From positions 126,790,001-126,854,000 of the forward strand of contig OX597818.1 of NCBI GenBank assembly GCA_951406725.2: a DNA stretch of 64,000 bases, given 5' to 3'. Positions 26,031 to 40,450 of the stretch are shown in pieces. Origin of the DNA: Octopus vulgaris. Lineage: Eukaryota. Numbering within the stretch: position 1 is the stretch's first letter; each line of letters starts with the position of its first letter. A program made the translations under genes and the position numbers. The notes under the pieces are model-generated. The model worked only from the letters and a program-made list of their open reading frames with translations. It had not been told where the DNA came from and did no database searches.

Positions 26031-27245
26031 CACAGGGATTGGACAAAATAATGGAAACACCTTAAAAATTTCAAACAAATTTATTTTAATATGGAGCAGG
26101 ACCGCTTTGGTAGTAATTACAGCTTGAATTCGGTATTGACTCGTACAAAGTTTGAATTGTTTCCAAAGGAATTTTTGGCCATTATGATTATGGTGTAGGC
26201 TATCGACTCCTTATTTGTTTTTCTAAAATGCATCATAAACGTTCAATAATATTGAGATCTGGGGACTGTGGTGGCCAGACAAGATGTTCAACTTCACTAG
26301 AATGTTCCTCGTGCCAATCATTAACAACTTTAGCTGTGTGAATTGGTACATTATCCTGAAAGATTGCATCTCACTCCGGAAACAGTTCTGCAACCACAGG
26401 ATGAATTTGATCAGATAAAATGTTTGAATAGTCTTGACTATTAATTCTGTCATGAAGGGAAACTATTGGGCTGGTGGATTTCCAAGATATAGCCTCCCAG
26501 TTCATCACAGATCCCCCTCCATGTTTAACAGTTGCATGAAGGCAGTCTGGGTCAAATGCTTTTTTTGGCTGTCTCCACAAGTATCGCCGGCCGGTGGTCG
26601 GAAAAAGATAAAGGATGACTCGTCCAAGAAAATAGCATTCTTCCACTGCTCTAGGTATCAATTCTATAGGTTTTTACTCCACCCTAAATGCTTTGCAACG
26701 TTTGTTTTTGAAAGTAGTGGTTTTCTTATTGCAGCCCTCCAGTGAAATCCAGCTTTGCGCAGCTCCCGACGAACAGTTTTTGTGGAAATTGGGTTCTCAA
26801 GATGGTCATTAAGCTCTGCAGTAATTTTGGGAGCTGTACTTTTGTGATCCTTTCTAACAATTCGTGTAAGAGTCCGACGGTCCCTATCTGAAAGTTTTGG
26901 GGTTTTTCTGGAGTTTTGTCTCGACGAGGAGGTTTTTCCCTCTTTCTCAAGGGCTGTCATTACTTTCGAGACGGTACTTCTTGTTACACCAAACAATTCG
27001 GCTGTTTTCGTTATGCTAACGCCTGCCATACAAGCACCAACAATTTGATCTCTCTGAAAGTCCGATAGATCTGTCATGTTAATGAATTTTAATTACCGTT
27101 TTATGATGATATCTAAAAAGAAACAGCAATTTTAGCAAAACATATAAAGCAACACTAATAATAAATCAAAAACAAAAATAAATAAGCGTTTGACGGTTTT
27201 ATAGAGATTTCAAAATTATGATACTATGATGCTAGGTGTTTCCAG
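26031..27245 (-). mobile_element. Tc1-family transposon, degenerate
   Basis: ORF 26664-27077 (MTDLSDFQRDQIVG...HTH...AIRKPLLS) and ORF 26371-26661 (TVKHGGGSVM). Left TIR ggacaaaataatggaaacacct has a partial right partner aggtgtttcca. Confidence 0.92.
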
Positions 27246-27422
27246 GTTTATATATATATATATATATCTATCTATATATATATATATATGTATATATTAT
27301 ATATATAAGTATATATATATATATATGTATTTATGTATGTATGTATGTATGTATGTATGTATGTATGTGTGTATGTATGTATGTATGTATATATATATAT
27401 ATATATATACATATATACATAT

Positions 27423-27462
<40 letters not shown>

Positions 27463-27465
27463 ACA

Positions 27466-28770
27466 CACGATGTGGTGCTGAAAATTTCTTAGCTTTAAGT
27501 TGATCGTGAGAGAGTAGAACTGTTTCCTTTACAAGGTGTGGGTAGGACAACTATTTAGTGGAAAATATACAAAAGATCACGATGGTATACAATACATCCT
27601 TCCTTTTTTTACAAATTTAGCTCATGATGCCAAATCCTACAGATGATTTTGGTAAAATTGAAGCACGAGTACTCATGAAGTTCCTCTTTTTTCGAAGCAA
27701 AAGAGAGGACAGAATCCATGCAAAAATGGACGAAATCTTCAAGGATGGTTGCCCATCTTACTCCACTTTGAAATATAGAAATCAAGGATTCAGACTGGTC
27801 ATTTCGAGGTCACAGATGAACTGCAGTCAGGACGGCCAACTTCCGCGACCACAGAAGACAAAGGTGACGTTGTGCACGTCATGAATCTCGAGGATCGCCG
27901 CATTTCGGCTAAAGATCATCGCATTTCAGCAACTCTTTCACGTGTTGGCCACTTCAGCCATGAAGAGTTGGCCACATCAGCCACAATATTCTGGGCATGA
28001 GAAATCTTTCCGTAAAATGAAAGCCCAAATGCTTGAACGCAGATCAGAAGCATATCAGATTGACGACATCAAATGCAATTTTGGACTGGTTTGAAGAGAG
28101 AGAAGTTGATTTTATAGCTCGTTTAACCACCATGGATGAAACTTAGCATCGTAGGTATGATTCCCATACCAAGCAGCAATCAATGGAATGGGTCACAGCG
28201 GCTCACCGCATCCCAAGAAATTTCGAACCCAGAAGTTAGCTGGAAGGATTCTGACTTCACTGTTCTGGGACAAAGATGGAGTACTTGTCATAAAACACAT
28301 GCCAATGGGTCGCACCATCAACGCAGAATACTACACGTGTCTGTTGGATGAACTGCTTGAAACTTTGAAGCAGAAACGCCATGGGAAGCTGAGACTGTTC
28401 TTACAGGAAAAGGCACCAACACACACAGCACATGAACTCTACGGAAAATACGCAATTTTGGCTTCGAATTCGTAGACCACCCGACTTAATTTCCTGACTT
28501 GGTCCTTTCCGACTATCACCTCTTTCCACAACTGAAGAAACATCCGAAGAGAACGAAATTTCACTGATAATCGCAAGTGATCGCTGATACAGGGGCCTGA
28601 TTGGCGGCCTCTGTAGCAGGGCTTAGAAAAACTGACAAGGCATAGAAAAACTAAAGGCCCTCTGTAATAAGTTTTTGAATGTGAGAGGGGAGTATACTAA
28701 AATCATAATTAACTGATCCTCCTGTATTTACTTTTACCCAAAGCCAGGAAATTTTCAGCATCCTCTCGTG
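27466..28770 (+). mobile_element. Mariner transposon, full-length but degenerate
   Basis: TIRs cacgatgtggtgctgaaaatttcttagcttt and aaagccaggaaattttcagcatcctctcgtg. Motifs TTMDET, SLFWDKDGV and PDLVLSDYHLFPQLK. Confidence 0.92.
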
Positions 28771-28788
28771 TATATGTGTGTGTGTGTA

Positions 28789-28851
<63 letters not shown>

Positions 28852-29281
28852 ACTCACACACCATGTATGTAAACACGGATAAAGTGGAATTATAAACAGT
28901 TAAAATCGTAATTCACATAGCAACACTCAAAGAGCCGCAAAGCGTGTGATAGTGCGAAATGTAGATCGTCTGCTGTTAAGTGACAGATACTATCAAAATA
29001 ACTTCAACAGAACCAATCAAAGTGTTATTTAATTAATTTATTAGATAAATAGTTAGCTGATTATCCAATTAACTGGGCATGGCAGAAGTGAAATTTAATC
29101 AGTGCGTATGATTTAATGGGCAACAGAACATTCGAAAAATTCAAAAATATTTCATTAAATACACAATTTCGCACGTACTATTGGCAAAACAAGCACAGAA
29201 ACAAGCAGAGAAAAAAACGCAAGCGTACACAATTGGACAGAAACTACCTAAACACAGCCACACACGTATGTATACATTATA

Positions 29282-29368
<87 letters not shown>

Positions 29369-29467
29369 CTCCCTGAATGTATTTGTTCAGATTTTCACTT
29401 TTTGGGAATATTGATAGTTTGTAATTCCTGTACTGGTGAGAACTCGAAAACACATTAATTAAACAAG

Positions 29468-29573
<106 letters not shown>

Positions 29574-29784
29574 CAAAAATCAGACCATTATCCATAGACA
29601 GATATCTAATATATTCTTTATACTTTTGTTGTACACGTTGTGTATTGTTGTTAAAATCTTTTTGTTGTATGACAGTCATTCTAATAGACACATAATGGAA
29701 ATTAATTTGTATTTTACAGTTGGTATTTTGCAATGTTAATATTTTTTCTTTTTCCTTTTATGATTTCGGTACATCATGCATCTG

Positions 29785-29844
<60 letters not shown>

Positions 29845-30465
29845 TGGTGATATTCATCTAAGCAAGTAAACAAACCAGTGAGATGTCCTCTGACATGGCC
29901 TAAGCTGTGGTCGTTAAGAACAAACAAAAGAATTAAATACATAAAGAACACACACACACACACAGACACACACAGACACACACACGCACGCACATATACA
30001 CACATGAATCAAAACAGTCATACATACTAACAAACATACATTTATAAATAATGAATCGAACGGAATTATTACAATGGAGACTAATCTACTGCTTTTGTTA
30101 CTAAATCGCGTTCCTGTTCCTACTACGAAGTAATTCGCATTTCTTTTCCTATGTTCTTGCTACTCTTGATCTTAGTTCTCGCACACTCACTCGCACACAC
30201 ACATACACACTCAGGCACACACTTGCACATACATATATACGCGCGTGCGCAATACAATATACCGTTGAATATTTGGGACTCAAAAGAAAACTCCATCTGT
30301 AAGATTTAAGAAGGAAATAAAATATTCACGCAACATATTTTTTCTATCGACTCCTTTAATGTATGTCTGATCTGCTTAATCTTCGCATTAATGTAGATAA
30401 TGCATATACATACATACATACATACATACATACATACATACATACATACATACATACATACATAC

Positions 30466-30872
30466 GTGGCTGTGTGGTAAGTAGCTTGTTTACCAACCAC
30501 ATGGTTCTGGGTTCAGTCCCACTGCGTGGCACCTTGGACAAGTGTCTTCTTCTATAGCCTCGGGCCGACCAAAGCATTGTGAGTGGATTTGGTAGACGGA
30601 AACTGAAAGAAGCCCGTCGTATATATGTATATATATATATATGTGTGTGTGTTTGTGTGTCTGCGTTTGTCCCCCTAGCATTGCTTGACAACCGATGCTG
30701 GTGTGTTTATGTCCCCGTTACTTAGCGGTTCGGCAAAAGAGACCGATAGAATAAGTACTGGGCTTACAAAAGAATAAGTCCTGGGGTCGAGTTCCTCGAT
30801 TAAAGGCGGTGCTCCAGCATGGCCGCAGTCAAATGACTGAAACAAGTAAAAGAGTAAATGAGAGTAAAGAGT
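30466..30872 (+). mobile_element. SINE family A, near full length
   Basis: tRNA-like A/B boxes (gtggctgtgtggtaag, ggttcagtccc), CORE-like gcaccttggacaagtgtc, internal microsatellite and a gagtaaa tail. Confidence 0.9.
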
Positions 30873-31004
30873 AATACATTCACATACATACATACACATA
30901 CATACATACATACATACATACATACATACATACATACATACATACATACATACATACATACACACACACACAAACACACACACATAATATATATACATGT
31001 ATAT

Positions 31005-31310
31005 ATTCTTTTATTATTTTACTTGTATCAGCCATTAGATGGCGGCCATGCTGGGGCAGCGTCTTGCTGAATTTCAGTCGAACGAATCGACCCCAATACA
31101 CATTCTATTTGTCTATTTTGCTGAACTGCTAAGTTACGGGGACATAAACGCACTAACACATATATACACGTTGGGCTTCTTCCTGTTTCTGTTTACCAAA
31201 TCCATTGATAAGACTTTGGTTGACCAGAGGATATAAGAGAACATAACTGCGCAAGGTACCGCACAGTGAGACTGAACCTGGAACCATGTGGTTGGGAAGC
31301 AAACTTCATA
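31005..31310 (-). mobile_element. SINE family A, diverged, tail-to-tail with the previous copy
   Basis: Contains ggccatgctggggcagcg...gagactgaacctggaaccatgtggttgggaagc. Confidence 0.75.
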
Positions 31311-31550
31311 AGCTTTCAAACGAATATAAAATAATTTTTTGGGAATTAAGATTCCAATGTACATAAGTGTTAAAGATAATTGCAATTAAAGAAAGGCAAC
31401 CGCCGACTTTTTCTATCAAAATTAGTCGTCCAACACAATATTTACATGCTATTATTTGTAGCATGTATGTGCTTCGAGATCCTTTTCCCAAAACAAAAAG
31501 AGGATTATACACACTCACATACATATACACTTTCTCATGCGCGCGCACAT

Positions 31551-31614
<64 letters not shown>

Positions 31615-31639
31615 GCATGTTCTCTTCTGATTTTAATCA

Positions 31640-32620
31640 TTTACGTTCTTCCTCTGAAGATGGAGCAGGTTTTTAAACACGAGAAAAGTCTTGCATATTT
31701 TTACTGTTCCACCTGGAAATTGTATTTGCAATGCACAAGTTTGTTGGTTCCTTTTGCAGAAAACTCTAGCTTATCCAGATTGTCGCTTAGGCATTTACTT
31801 ACAAAACTAAGTGCACCAATTATTATTTGTATAAATGTGAATTTATAATCTGGATATAGAAGCTGGAGGCTTCGAAGCAGTTGCGCAAAGATATCCTCTT
31901 TCTCTTTGATCTTCAAACAGATATTCACAATCAAAAGGACAGCTGAGCGCTCTGACAATGCGTACTTTTTCTTGCCTGTCCCCAACAACGGCATCCAGCC
32001 TGTTACGTTTGAACTTGACAAATGTTTCGATGGGAATATTCCACCAGTATTCCTTGTGTTGACGTTTGTGTATGCATTCGATAACAAGGAGATTATCTAT
32101 ATTTATTCGAGGACAGTCGGTTTTCCAAATAGCATTGTATATTGTTTTTGCGACAACGCCATGCCACATAACGAGGTCCTAACTTGATGACATTTTTGGA
32201 AAGCTACTAATCACATGAATGATACCTTCCGTAGGATTTATGACACAATCAACATTTTCGGTGGGATCTTGGAGCTCTAAGCACTTCACTATCTCTTCTA
32301 CCTATTATGTATTTCGTAGTAATCGTCTGTTCTTGGATTGAAATGCATAGCTTTTGAAGTTTGATGTAATGTAGCGGTTACGAGTCCAAGAGAGGCTGCA
32401 CTTCATGCAATATTAGTCTTCTTCAAGTCTCTGGGAAACATACCCATGTATAGTCACTTTTTGGTATGCTGAGAGTTTCACATCCAGCATGGTGTCGGTT
32501 CAGTATTCTCTCCTTACTGCATTTACGCACGATCATTAAAGTTAAAATCCCTATCTTCGCTCTAGATAATTCAAGATCTTGATAGGAGGCTTTCTTAAAG
32601 GCAATGTTTTCCTTCCTCAT
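31640..32620 (-). mobile_element. R4/Dong-like RLE LINE C-terminal region
   Basis: HKEYWWNIPIET..RNRLDAVV..LSCPFD and LQLLYPDYKFTFIQIIIGALSFV (ORFs 31843-32169 and 31701-32087) match a restriction-like endonuclease. Confidence 0.75.
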
Positions 32621-33917
32621 CTTTTTGTATAATGATTATGATTTAGAAGTGAACTTGTGATTTATACAGGCTCGTTCTAAAAGATTTCTGATAGAAAAAG
32701 TTGGAGGTTGTCTTTCTTTATATGCAATTATTTATAGTATTTATGCACTTCGGGATCTAATTCCAAAGCAGAATTATTTTATGTTCTCTTGAAAGTTTAT
32801 GAAGTTTGCTTCTCAACCACATGGTTCCGGGTTCCGTATTTTAGAGTAATCAAAACCTTCCCTCAAGAGCTTGGTGGGAAGAGTAAGCATAGAGAGTTTT
32901 GTTAATTTATGGATAAAGTGTAAACTCATCTTTCCTTTTGCATTTTATTATCGTGGTTAACCATCGAATATGGCGGCGCAGGTTGTTGATGTTTTCTTGA
33001 TGAGTCTTGTTTTCCATTTAGGCTACTTTCATTTCGTAGTTTCATTACCATGTATACTGCAGATTTCTCCTTGGCCTTCTTTAAAACCGATAGCAGCTGT
33101 ATATATGAGAGTATTGATATTCCAGTAATTAGCATCACGTGATTCTATGTGCTCTTCAACGACATCGTCAATTACTTTTCACATTAGAGCTTTCGGATTT
33201 TTCTTAATCTGTTGATTAACGATAGTTTCAAAAAAGTAGAAAATATTTCCATAAGTTGTGTTTTCAGGATGTTTCTAAGTTGAATATATTCCAGTTGTCT
33301 CTGTTGACTCAGCTATATTTGAAGAGACACGAGAATTTAGAGATGGCGACAGTGGTTTGTTTACATATTTTCGACCTCTCTTCAAGCAGGTTTTGGCCAG
33401 TTAGTGTATTCAGAAGATCGATTTACGTCACGGGAGCAAGCCATTTTTTTAAAAAAGAAAAATTCCATGTTGCCGAAGTTGTTTTGCAGTAAATGTTCGT
33501 CTCAGTATTTTTTAACTGCTTCATATATCCGATAGAAATACCTTCACATGCATTGACATGGTTTCGAAGTAGATATCGGTTTAGATGTAGGGTCCAAGTA
33601 AAATTAGAGGACTACTTACGTCTTACTGGAAAGCTTACTGGTGCTGTAGAGCTGTTTTTGTTGGTGGTGTTGTTATTAATTTCAGCTATGATCGTGTTAG
33701 CAAACTTCCATGTGATATAAGGTATATTTTTATAGTCCCGTCTGACTAACGTTATGTTGGTACGTAAAAGGTGTTACTCATATATATAATTAGTGAAATA
33801 ATCCAACTAATAATTTAGGTTGGAAGTGTCGGCATAAATGTAGAAACAAAATGTTCAAACAGAAATTTTAAACGATCCTCTACGCCTGTGCGTCTGGTGT
33901 TGACAGCAACAATATTC

Positions 33918-34582
33918 TGTATGTATGTATGTATGTATGTATGTATGTATGTATGTATGTATGTATGTATGTATGTATGTATGTATGTATGTATGTATGT
34001 ATGAATGAATGAATGAATGAATGAATGTATGTATGTATGTATGTGTGTATGTATGTATGTATGTATGTATGTATGTATGTATGTATGTATGTATGTATGT
34101 ATGAATGAATGTATGTATGTATGTATGAATGAATGAATGAATGTATGTATGTATGTATGTATGTATGTATGTATGTATGAATGAATGAATGAATGTATGT
34201 ATGTATGTATGTATGTGTGTATGTATGAATGAATGTATGTATGTATGAATGAATGATGTATGTATGTATGTATGTATGTATGTATGTATGTATGTATGAA
34301 TGAATGTATGTATGTATGTATGAATGAATGAATGAATGTATGTATGTATGTATATATGTATGTATGTATGTATGAATGAATGAATGAAATAATGAATGAA
34401 TGTATGTATGTATGTATGTATGAATGCATGTATGTATGTATGTATGAATGAATGTATGTATGTATGTATGTATGTATGAATGAATAAATGTATGCATGTA
34501 TGTATGTATATATGTATGTATGTATGTATGAATGAATGAATGAATGAATGAATGCATGTATGTATGTATGTATGTATGTATG
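33918..34582. repeat. Compound (TATG)n/(AATG)n microsatellite, ~660 bp
   Basis: Seen directly in the sequence. Confidence 0.97.
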
Positions 34583-35947
34583 CTGTATGGAGTATGCCAT
34601 TAAACTGCATCCTGTAGTGAAGCTTCAGTACGGAAGTTCTGGAGTCGTGTGGGAGCGTGGAGTCACCTCCATATTATCATTACTCCCGTTTTCATTCTAA
34701 TTCAAAACAGTAGTACCTGTCAGCGTATGTATGGGTTAGATAGATTTTCCACGGGTATAGGAAGCTCCCGTCATTTCTGAAAAAGCTATGCTTCTCCTAG
34801 GAGAAGTATACTCTAACATAAGACTCGTAGTCAAAATAGTATGAGTCATCTTGCAATGCTTGTCATTTGAGTCCACTATGGCGACCAAGAGAGTAAGAAA
34901 AGTGTTGTACAAGCTTTTGTCACTTAAATCCGACGACGTATAGACGTCTCACTATCATTTCGTTTCTTGACCAGTTTTGTATTTTATGAAATCCTATTGT
35001 AGGATGAAAGCAAACCAGAACAATTCTATTGAATGTATGTATGAAGGCTATCATTTGACATCATGACGCAATCATCAAGTATATCATTATTCAGTTTTAT
35101 TTCAAGATTTCTTACCAATAGAGAAAGAGCCGGTTTCTAACCTAAATCCAAAGCTCCTTCACTGGAATTTCAACAACATCAATAGGGTATTTTTATGTAT
35201 ATATAGGTGCAGATTTGAGTGTTTTGTTTTATGTATGAATTTTCATGCTTATAGTTGCATATCTAGACATGCTTATATATACTTAAATGATAAACTTCTG
35301 GAAAGTTTTAAGTATGTATGTATTTAGGTAGGTAGGTAGGTAGGTAGGTAGGTAGGTATGTATGTATGTATGTATGTGTATGTATGTATGTATGTATGTA
35401 TGTATGTATGTTTGTATGTATGTATGTAGGTAGGTAGGTAGGTAGGTAGGTTGGTAGGTAGGTAGGTAGGTATACATACAAAAGGACAACACAGACGAAA
35501 TATATATCTTTCCAGAGGAGTGATATAAAATATCCATATTTCTAACATTGAAGCAAGAAATAGTTTCTTTCAGTCTAGAGATAAGTAAAACATACGCTCA
35601 ACTATTTTGCTGTCAACTCTATAGAATATTTAATTGCAAATTAATCGGTAATCCTTTATAGACAGAAAAATCCAGCAATATAAATACAAAATAGTTAATA
35701 CATACAAAATTATATAGAAGTATTTATTTCTTTCAGATTATAAATTACTAATATTTTCTAATGTAATGCATATCTGTATTCATAAATATACTGAAAATTG
35801 AATGTATATCCATATAGACACTTTTTTGTTTATTCTTACAAATATTGGTTAATAAGAGAACAACGAACAATGAGAAACTTAGGATAGTATTATAAATATA
35901 GAAAATTACATTGACCCATAGTTTATGTATTTTGAAACCATGTGTAG

Positions 35948-36365
35948 AGGCGCAGGCATGTTTGTGTGGTAATGAAGCATGCTTTTCAACCATGAGGGTT
36001 TCAGGTTCAGTCGCACTATGTGCCACTTTGTGTAAGTGTCTTCTACTATAACTCCGGACTGACCAATGACACGCGGGTGAATTTGGTTGATGGAAACTGT
36101 GCAGAAGCCCATCGTATACATATGTGTGTATATATGTGTCTGTCTGTCTTTGTGCTTATGTGTGCGTTTTCGCCCACTCGTTCACAGCCGGTGCTGGTTT
36201 CTTTACATTCAATAACTTAGCAGCTCGGCAAAAACGAGCCGCGATAATAAATACAAGACTTTAAAATAAGTAAGTCTTGGAAGCGTTTGTTCGACTAAAC
36301 CTTTCAGGATGGTGCCCCAGCATGGCCACAGTTTAATGACGGAAAGAAGTATAAGGTAAAAGATA
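35948..36365 (+). mobile_element. SINE family A, diverged
   Basis: Runs from head aggcgcaggc to tail ggtgccccagcatggccacag. Confidence 0.75.
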
Positions 36366-36396
36366 ACTACTATGTGTGTGCGCACACGCGTGTGTT

Positions 36397-36458
<62 letters not shown>

Positions 36459-36459
<1 letters not shown>

Positions 36460-37078
36460 CTGTATATATAAAAGGCAGGATGTGTGTGTGAGTGTGTGTG
36501 TGTGTGTGTACATTTTGCACGTCCACAAATTAGGATGCATGTCGCTCCAACTTTAGGAGGACATTCGTCATGAACCTAGCTGTATTTTCGTCAACTTATT
36601 TTTTGTTTACCAGAGGCACCAGCGAATAGCAGTAAAAATAAATTTTCAATCAAAACTTTTAACAATTTTCAAGTCGGAGAAATCACCGTTGTTTGCAAAC
36701 AGGAGGTAAGTCCCCTTCTAGCGACGAGTAAGTTTTTGTTGACTTTTGTTGTTTTTTTTCCATCGAAGAAAAAATTGTTTTGTTGATATACGGGCAACAC
36801 ACGCGCACACACTCACAAACACGCACACACACACATACACACACACACACAAACACACACACACGAACATGTATGCATACAAAAATCATGTATGCTATGG
36901 GTGTATGTACGTACGTGCGTGTATGTGTGTGTTGCCCATATATATATATAGAAAAACAAATTTCAACGGATTTCGCCCAAATTTAACGTCGATATTACTT
37001 AGATTGGTTTGAAATAAAGAACTTGATTAGCTTAATAATCCTAACTTAATCGCGGGCAAATCCGGATTATACTGCTAG
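36459..37078 (+). mobile_element. Non-autonomous Helitron
   Basis: 5' end A|TCTGTATATATAAAAG. 3' end is a GC-rich subterminal cgcgggcaaatccgg followed by CTAG|T. Inserted at an A/T site with no TSD. Confidence 0.65.
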
Positions 37079-37094
37079 TATATATATATACATA

Positions 37095-40000
37095 TGCATC
37101 AAATGAAATAAAAAACAGAACACAAAGGATGTCGCGGTACACGTGTTTCAATCTTTATAAAATAACCTATTCTTACATCAATGTGTAATCGACATAACAG
37201 ATAGTTTAAAGCTCTCTTCAGCCGCATGCAATTGCTATACCAAACAATTACATCACATGAAATTATGAAAAATCCGAAAATATACATTTGGTATTATCTA
37301 TAATGGTGGGTATATTGAGTTTCACTGAGAAAGTATGTTTGCAAATCTTCATAATCAAATATGTGTAGGGTAGCATGGGACTTCAAACATCCGTCCATAC
37401 TCTATCATCAGACATTGCATTATTGGGAAATCTCCCAAAATTTCCGGCAATTTCCGACCTATCCGGCAACCTCCGGCAATCTTTTTTTGAAAGATTTTAG
37501 AAAAATTTTCCACAAAAGTTTCTGAAATTTTTTCCGAAATATTTTAGAAAATTTTCTCCAAAATTTTTTAAAATCTCCCAAAATGCTATTTCACCTTCCT
37601 CCGGCTATATCCGACAATCTCCGGCAATCTCCGGCTATCTCTGGCCATCTCCGGATATCTACGGCAAATTCCGGTAATTTCCGGCAATTCCCCTCAATCT
37701 CCGGCAATTTCCGACAAATTCCTATCACTTCCGGCAATCTCCGAAAATTTCAGGCAATTCTCGGTAATCTCTGGCAATTTCCGTTAATTTCCGGCGTATC
37801 CGACAATTTCCGGCAATCTCCGGCTATCTTTTTCTGAAAGATTTTTTGAAAATTTTTCCCAAAAACTTTTCAAAATTTTCCCCAAAGATTTTAAAAAATT
37901 TTCCCCAAAAATTTTTTAAAATTCTTGGCAAAAAATTTTCAAAATTTTTTGCCCAAAGTTTTTCCCAAGAATTTTTCAAATCTTTCTCCAAAAATTTTTG
38001 AAAATTTTTCCATGCATCATTGGGAAATCTCCCAAAATGCTATTCCACCAATCACCGGCAATCTCCGGCCATCTCCTGCAATTTCCGGTAATTTCCGGCA
38101 ATCTCCGGCAACTTCCAGTAATTACCGGCAATCTCCAGCAATCTCCAGTAATCTCCGGCAATTTCCGGCATCTCCGACAATTTCCGGCAATGTTGGGCAA
38201 TCTTTTGTTGAAAGATTTTTTGAAAATTTTACCCAAAAGTTTTTAAAACTTTTTCACAAAAATTTTTCAAAATGTTTCCCAAAAATTTTCGAAACTTTTC
38301 CCCAAATTTCTTCAAAATTTTTCCTAAATGTTTTCAAAATTTTACCCCAAAATTTTTGAAAAACCTTCTCCAAAATTTGTTTAAATTTTCCCAAAAAGTT
38401 TTAAAAATTTTTCCGAAATATTTTAGAAAATTTTCCCCAATAATCTTTGAAAATTTTTCGCTGCCTTATTGGGAAATCTCCCAAAATGCTATTCTGCCTA
38501 TCTCCAGCAATCTCCGGTTATCTCTGGCAATCGCCGGATATCTCCGGCAATCTCCCGCAATTTCCGGCAATCTCCAAAATTTTGAGAAATTTTCGTTCAA
38601 AATCTTTCAAAATTTTTCCCCAAAAATATTTCAATAATTTCCCCCAAAATTTTTCTAAATTTTACCACAAAATTTTTGTAACTCTTCCCCGAAAATTTTT
38701 GAAAATTTTCCCCTAAAGTTTTTCAAAATTTTTCGAAATATTTTAGAAAATTTTCCCAAAAAAGTTTTGAAAAATTTTCCCTGCATTTTTGGGAAATCTC
38801 CCAAAATGCTATTCCGCCTATCTCCGACAATCCTCGGCTATCTCTGGCAATCTCCGGATATAACCGGATATCTTTGGCAATCTCCGGCAATTTCAGGCAA
38901 TTCCCGCCAATCTCTAGCAATTTCCGGTAATCTCCGATCACTTCCGGCAATTTCCGGCAATCTTCAAAGTTTTTCGAAATTTTCCCCCAAAAGTTTCAAG
39001 ATTTTCACCAAAAATTTTTCGAAAATTTTCCACAAATTTTTTGAAAATCTTCCCCAAAAATTTTTGAAAATTTTCCCCAAAAGTTTTTCAAAATTTTTAC
39101 GAAATATTTTAGATTTTCCCCAAATATTTTTGAAAATTTTTCCCTGCATTATTGGGAAATCTCCCAAAATGCTATTCCGCCCATCTCCGACAATCTCCGG
39201 CTATCTCTGGCAATCTCCGGATATCTTCGGCAATCTCCGGCAATTTCCGTCTAACTCGGGAAATTTCCGGAAATTCTCGGTAATCTCCGGAAATTTCCGG
39301 CAATTTCCGGCATATCCGACAATTTCCAGCAGTCTCCGCCTATCTTTTTCTGAAAGATTTAAAAAAAATTCTCCTCAAATGTTTTTGATAATTTTTTTGA
39401 AAATTTACCCCAAAAATTTTTGAAAATATTTTGAAAATTTTCCCCAATAATTTTTGAAAATTATCCCCCAAACTTTTTCAAAACTTTTTGGGAAATTTTT
39501 CACAAAAATTTTTGAAAATTTTCCTAAAAACTTTTGAAAATTTTCTATGAAAATTTTTTAAATTCTTGCTAAAAAATTTTCAAAATTTAGCCCAAAACCT
39601 TTCCCAAGAATTTTTCAAAGTTTTCACCAAAAATTTTTGAAAATCTTTCTCCAAAATTTTTCCCTGCATTACTGGGATATCTCCCAAAATGCTATTCCGC
39701 CAATTTCCGGCAATCTCCGGCTATCTCTGGCAATTCCGGCTATCTCCGGTAATTTCCGGCCCTATCCGGTAAATTTCGGTAATTTCCAGCAATTTCCGTC
39801 AATTTCTGAAAATTTTCAGCAATTTCCGGCCATTTCTTGTCATTTGCAGCAATTTCCGCTATATCCGAGAATTTCCGGCAATTTTCCCCAAAACGTTTTG
39901 AAAATTTTCACGAAAAATTTTCCCCAAAAGTTTTTCAAAGTTTCTCCCAAAAATTTTCGAGAATTTTCCCAAAAACTTTTGAAAATTTTTCTCTGCATTA

Positions 40001-40450
40001 TTGGGAAATCCCCAAAATGCTATTCAGCCAAACTCCGGCTATCTCCGGTAAACTCCGGCTATCTTCGACAAATTCCGACAGTCTCCGGCAAACTCCTTCA
40101 ATTTCCGGCAATTTTTTCCCAAAAATTTTTGAAAATTTACAACAAACATTTATGAAAATTTTCACCAAAAATTTTTGAAATGTTTCCCCCAAATGTTTTG
40201 AAAATTTTCCCAAATATTTTTGAAAATTTTCCCCAAAAATTTTTGAAATACCAAATGTACATTTTCGGATTTTTCATAATATCATAATGTGATGTAATTC
40301 TTTGGTATAGCAATTTCATGCGGCTGAAGAGAGCTTTAAACCATCTGTTGTGTCGATTACACATTGATGTAAGAATAGGTTGTTTTATAAAGCTTGAAAC
40401 ACGTGTACCGCGACATCCTTTGTGTTCTGTTTTTTATTTCATTTGATGCA
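37095..40450. mobile_element. Non-autonomous TIR (foldback-like) element with ~200 bp TIRs and an internal higher-order satellite
   Basis: 37095-37295 is the reverse complement of 40248-40450 (TGCATCAAATG...CATTTGATGCA). TA flanks both sides. Confidence 0.9.
37417..40247. repeat. Bipartite higher-order tandem array (10-bp CCGG blocks alternating with ~11-bp A4T4-5 blocks)
   Basis: Units begin gcattattgggaaatctcccaaaatgc at about 37417, 38014, 38463, 38783, 39146, 39666 and 39995 (partial at 37571). Each continues with (atYtccggca)n and then (aaaattttYYS)n. Confidence 0.92.

Noticed and set aside
30466-30540. tRNA-like A/B boxes here and in other SINE heads
   Set aside because: These are SINE heads continuous with SINE bodies, not tRNA genes.
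37417-40247. CRISPR-like appearance (palindromic repeat with variable intervals) and repetitive ORFs such as 38767-39423
   Set aside because: The intervals are hundreds of bp of internal tandem repeats rather than unique spacers. The context is eukaryotic with no cas genes, and the ORFs are by-products of the satellite.
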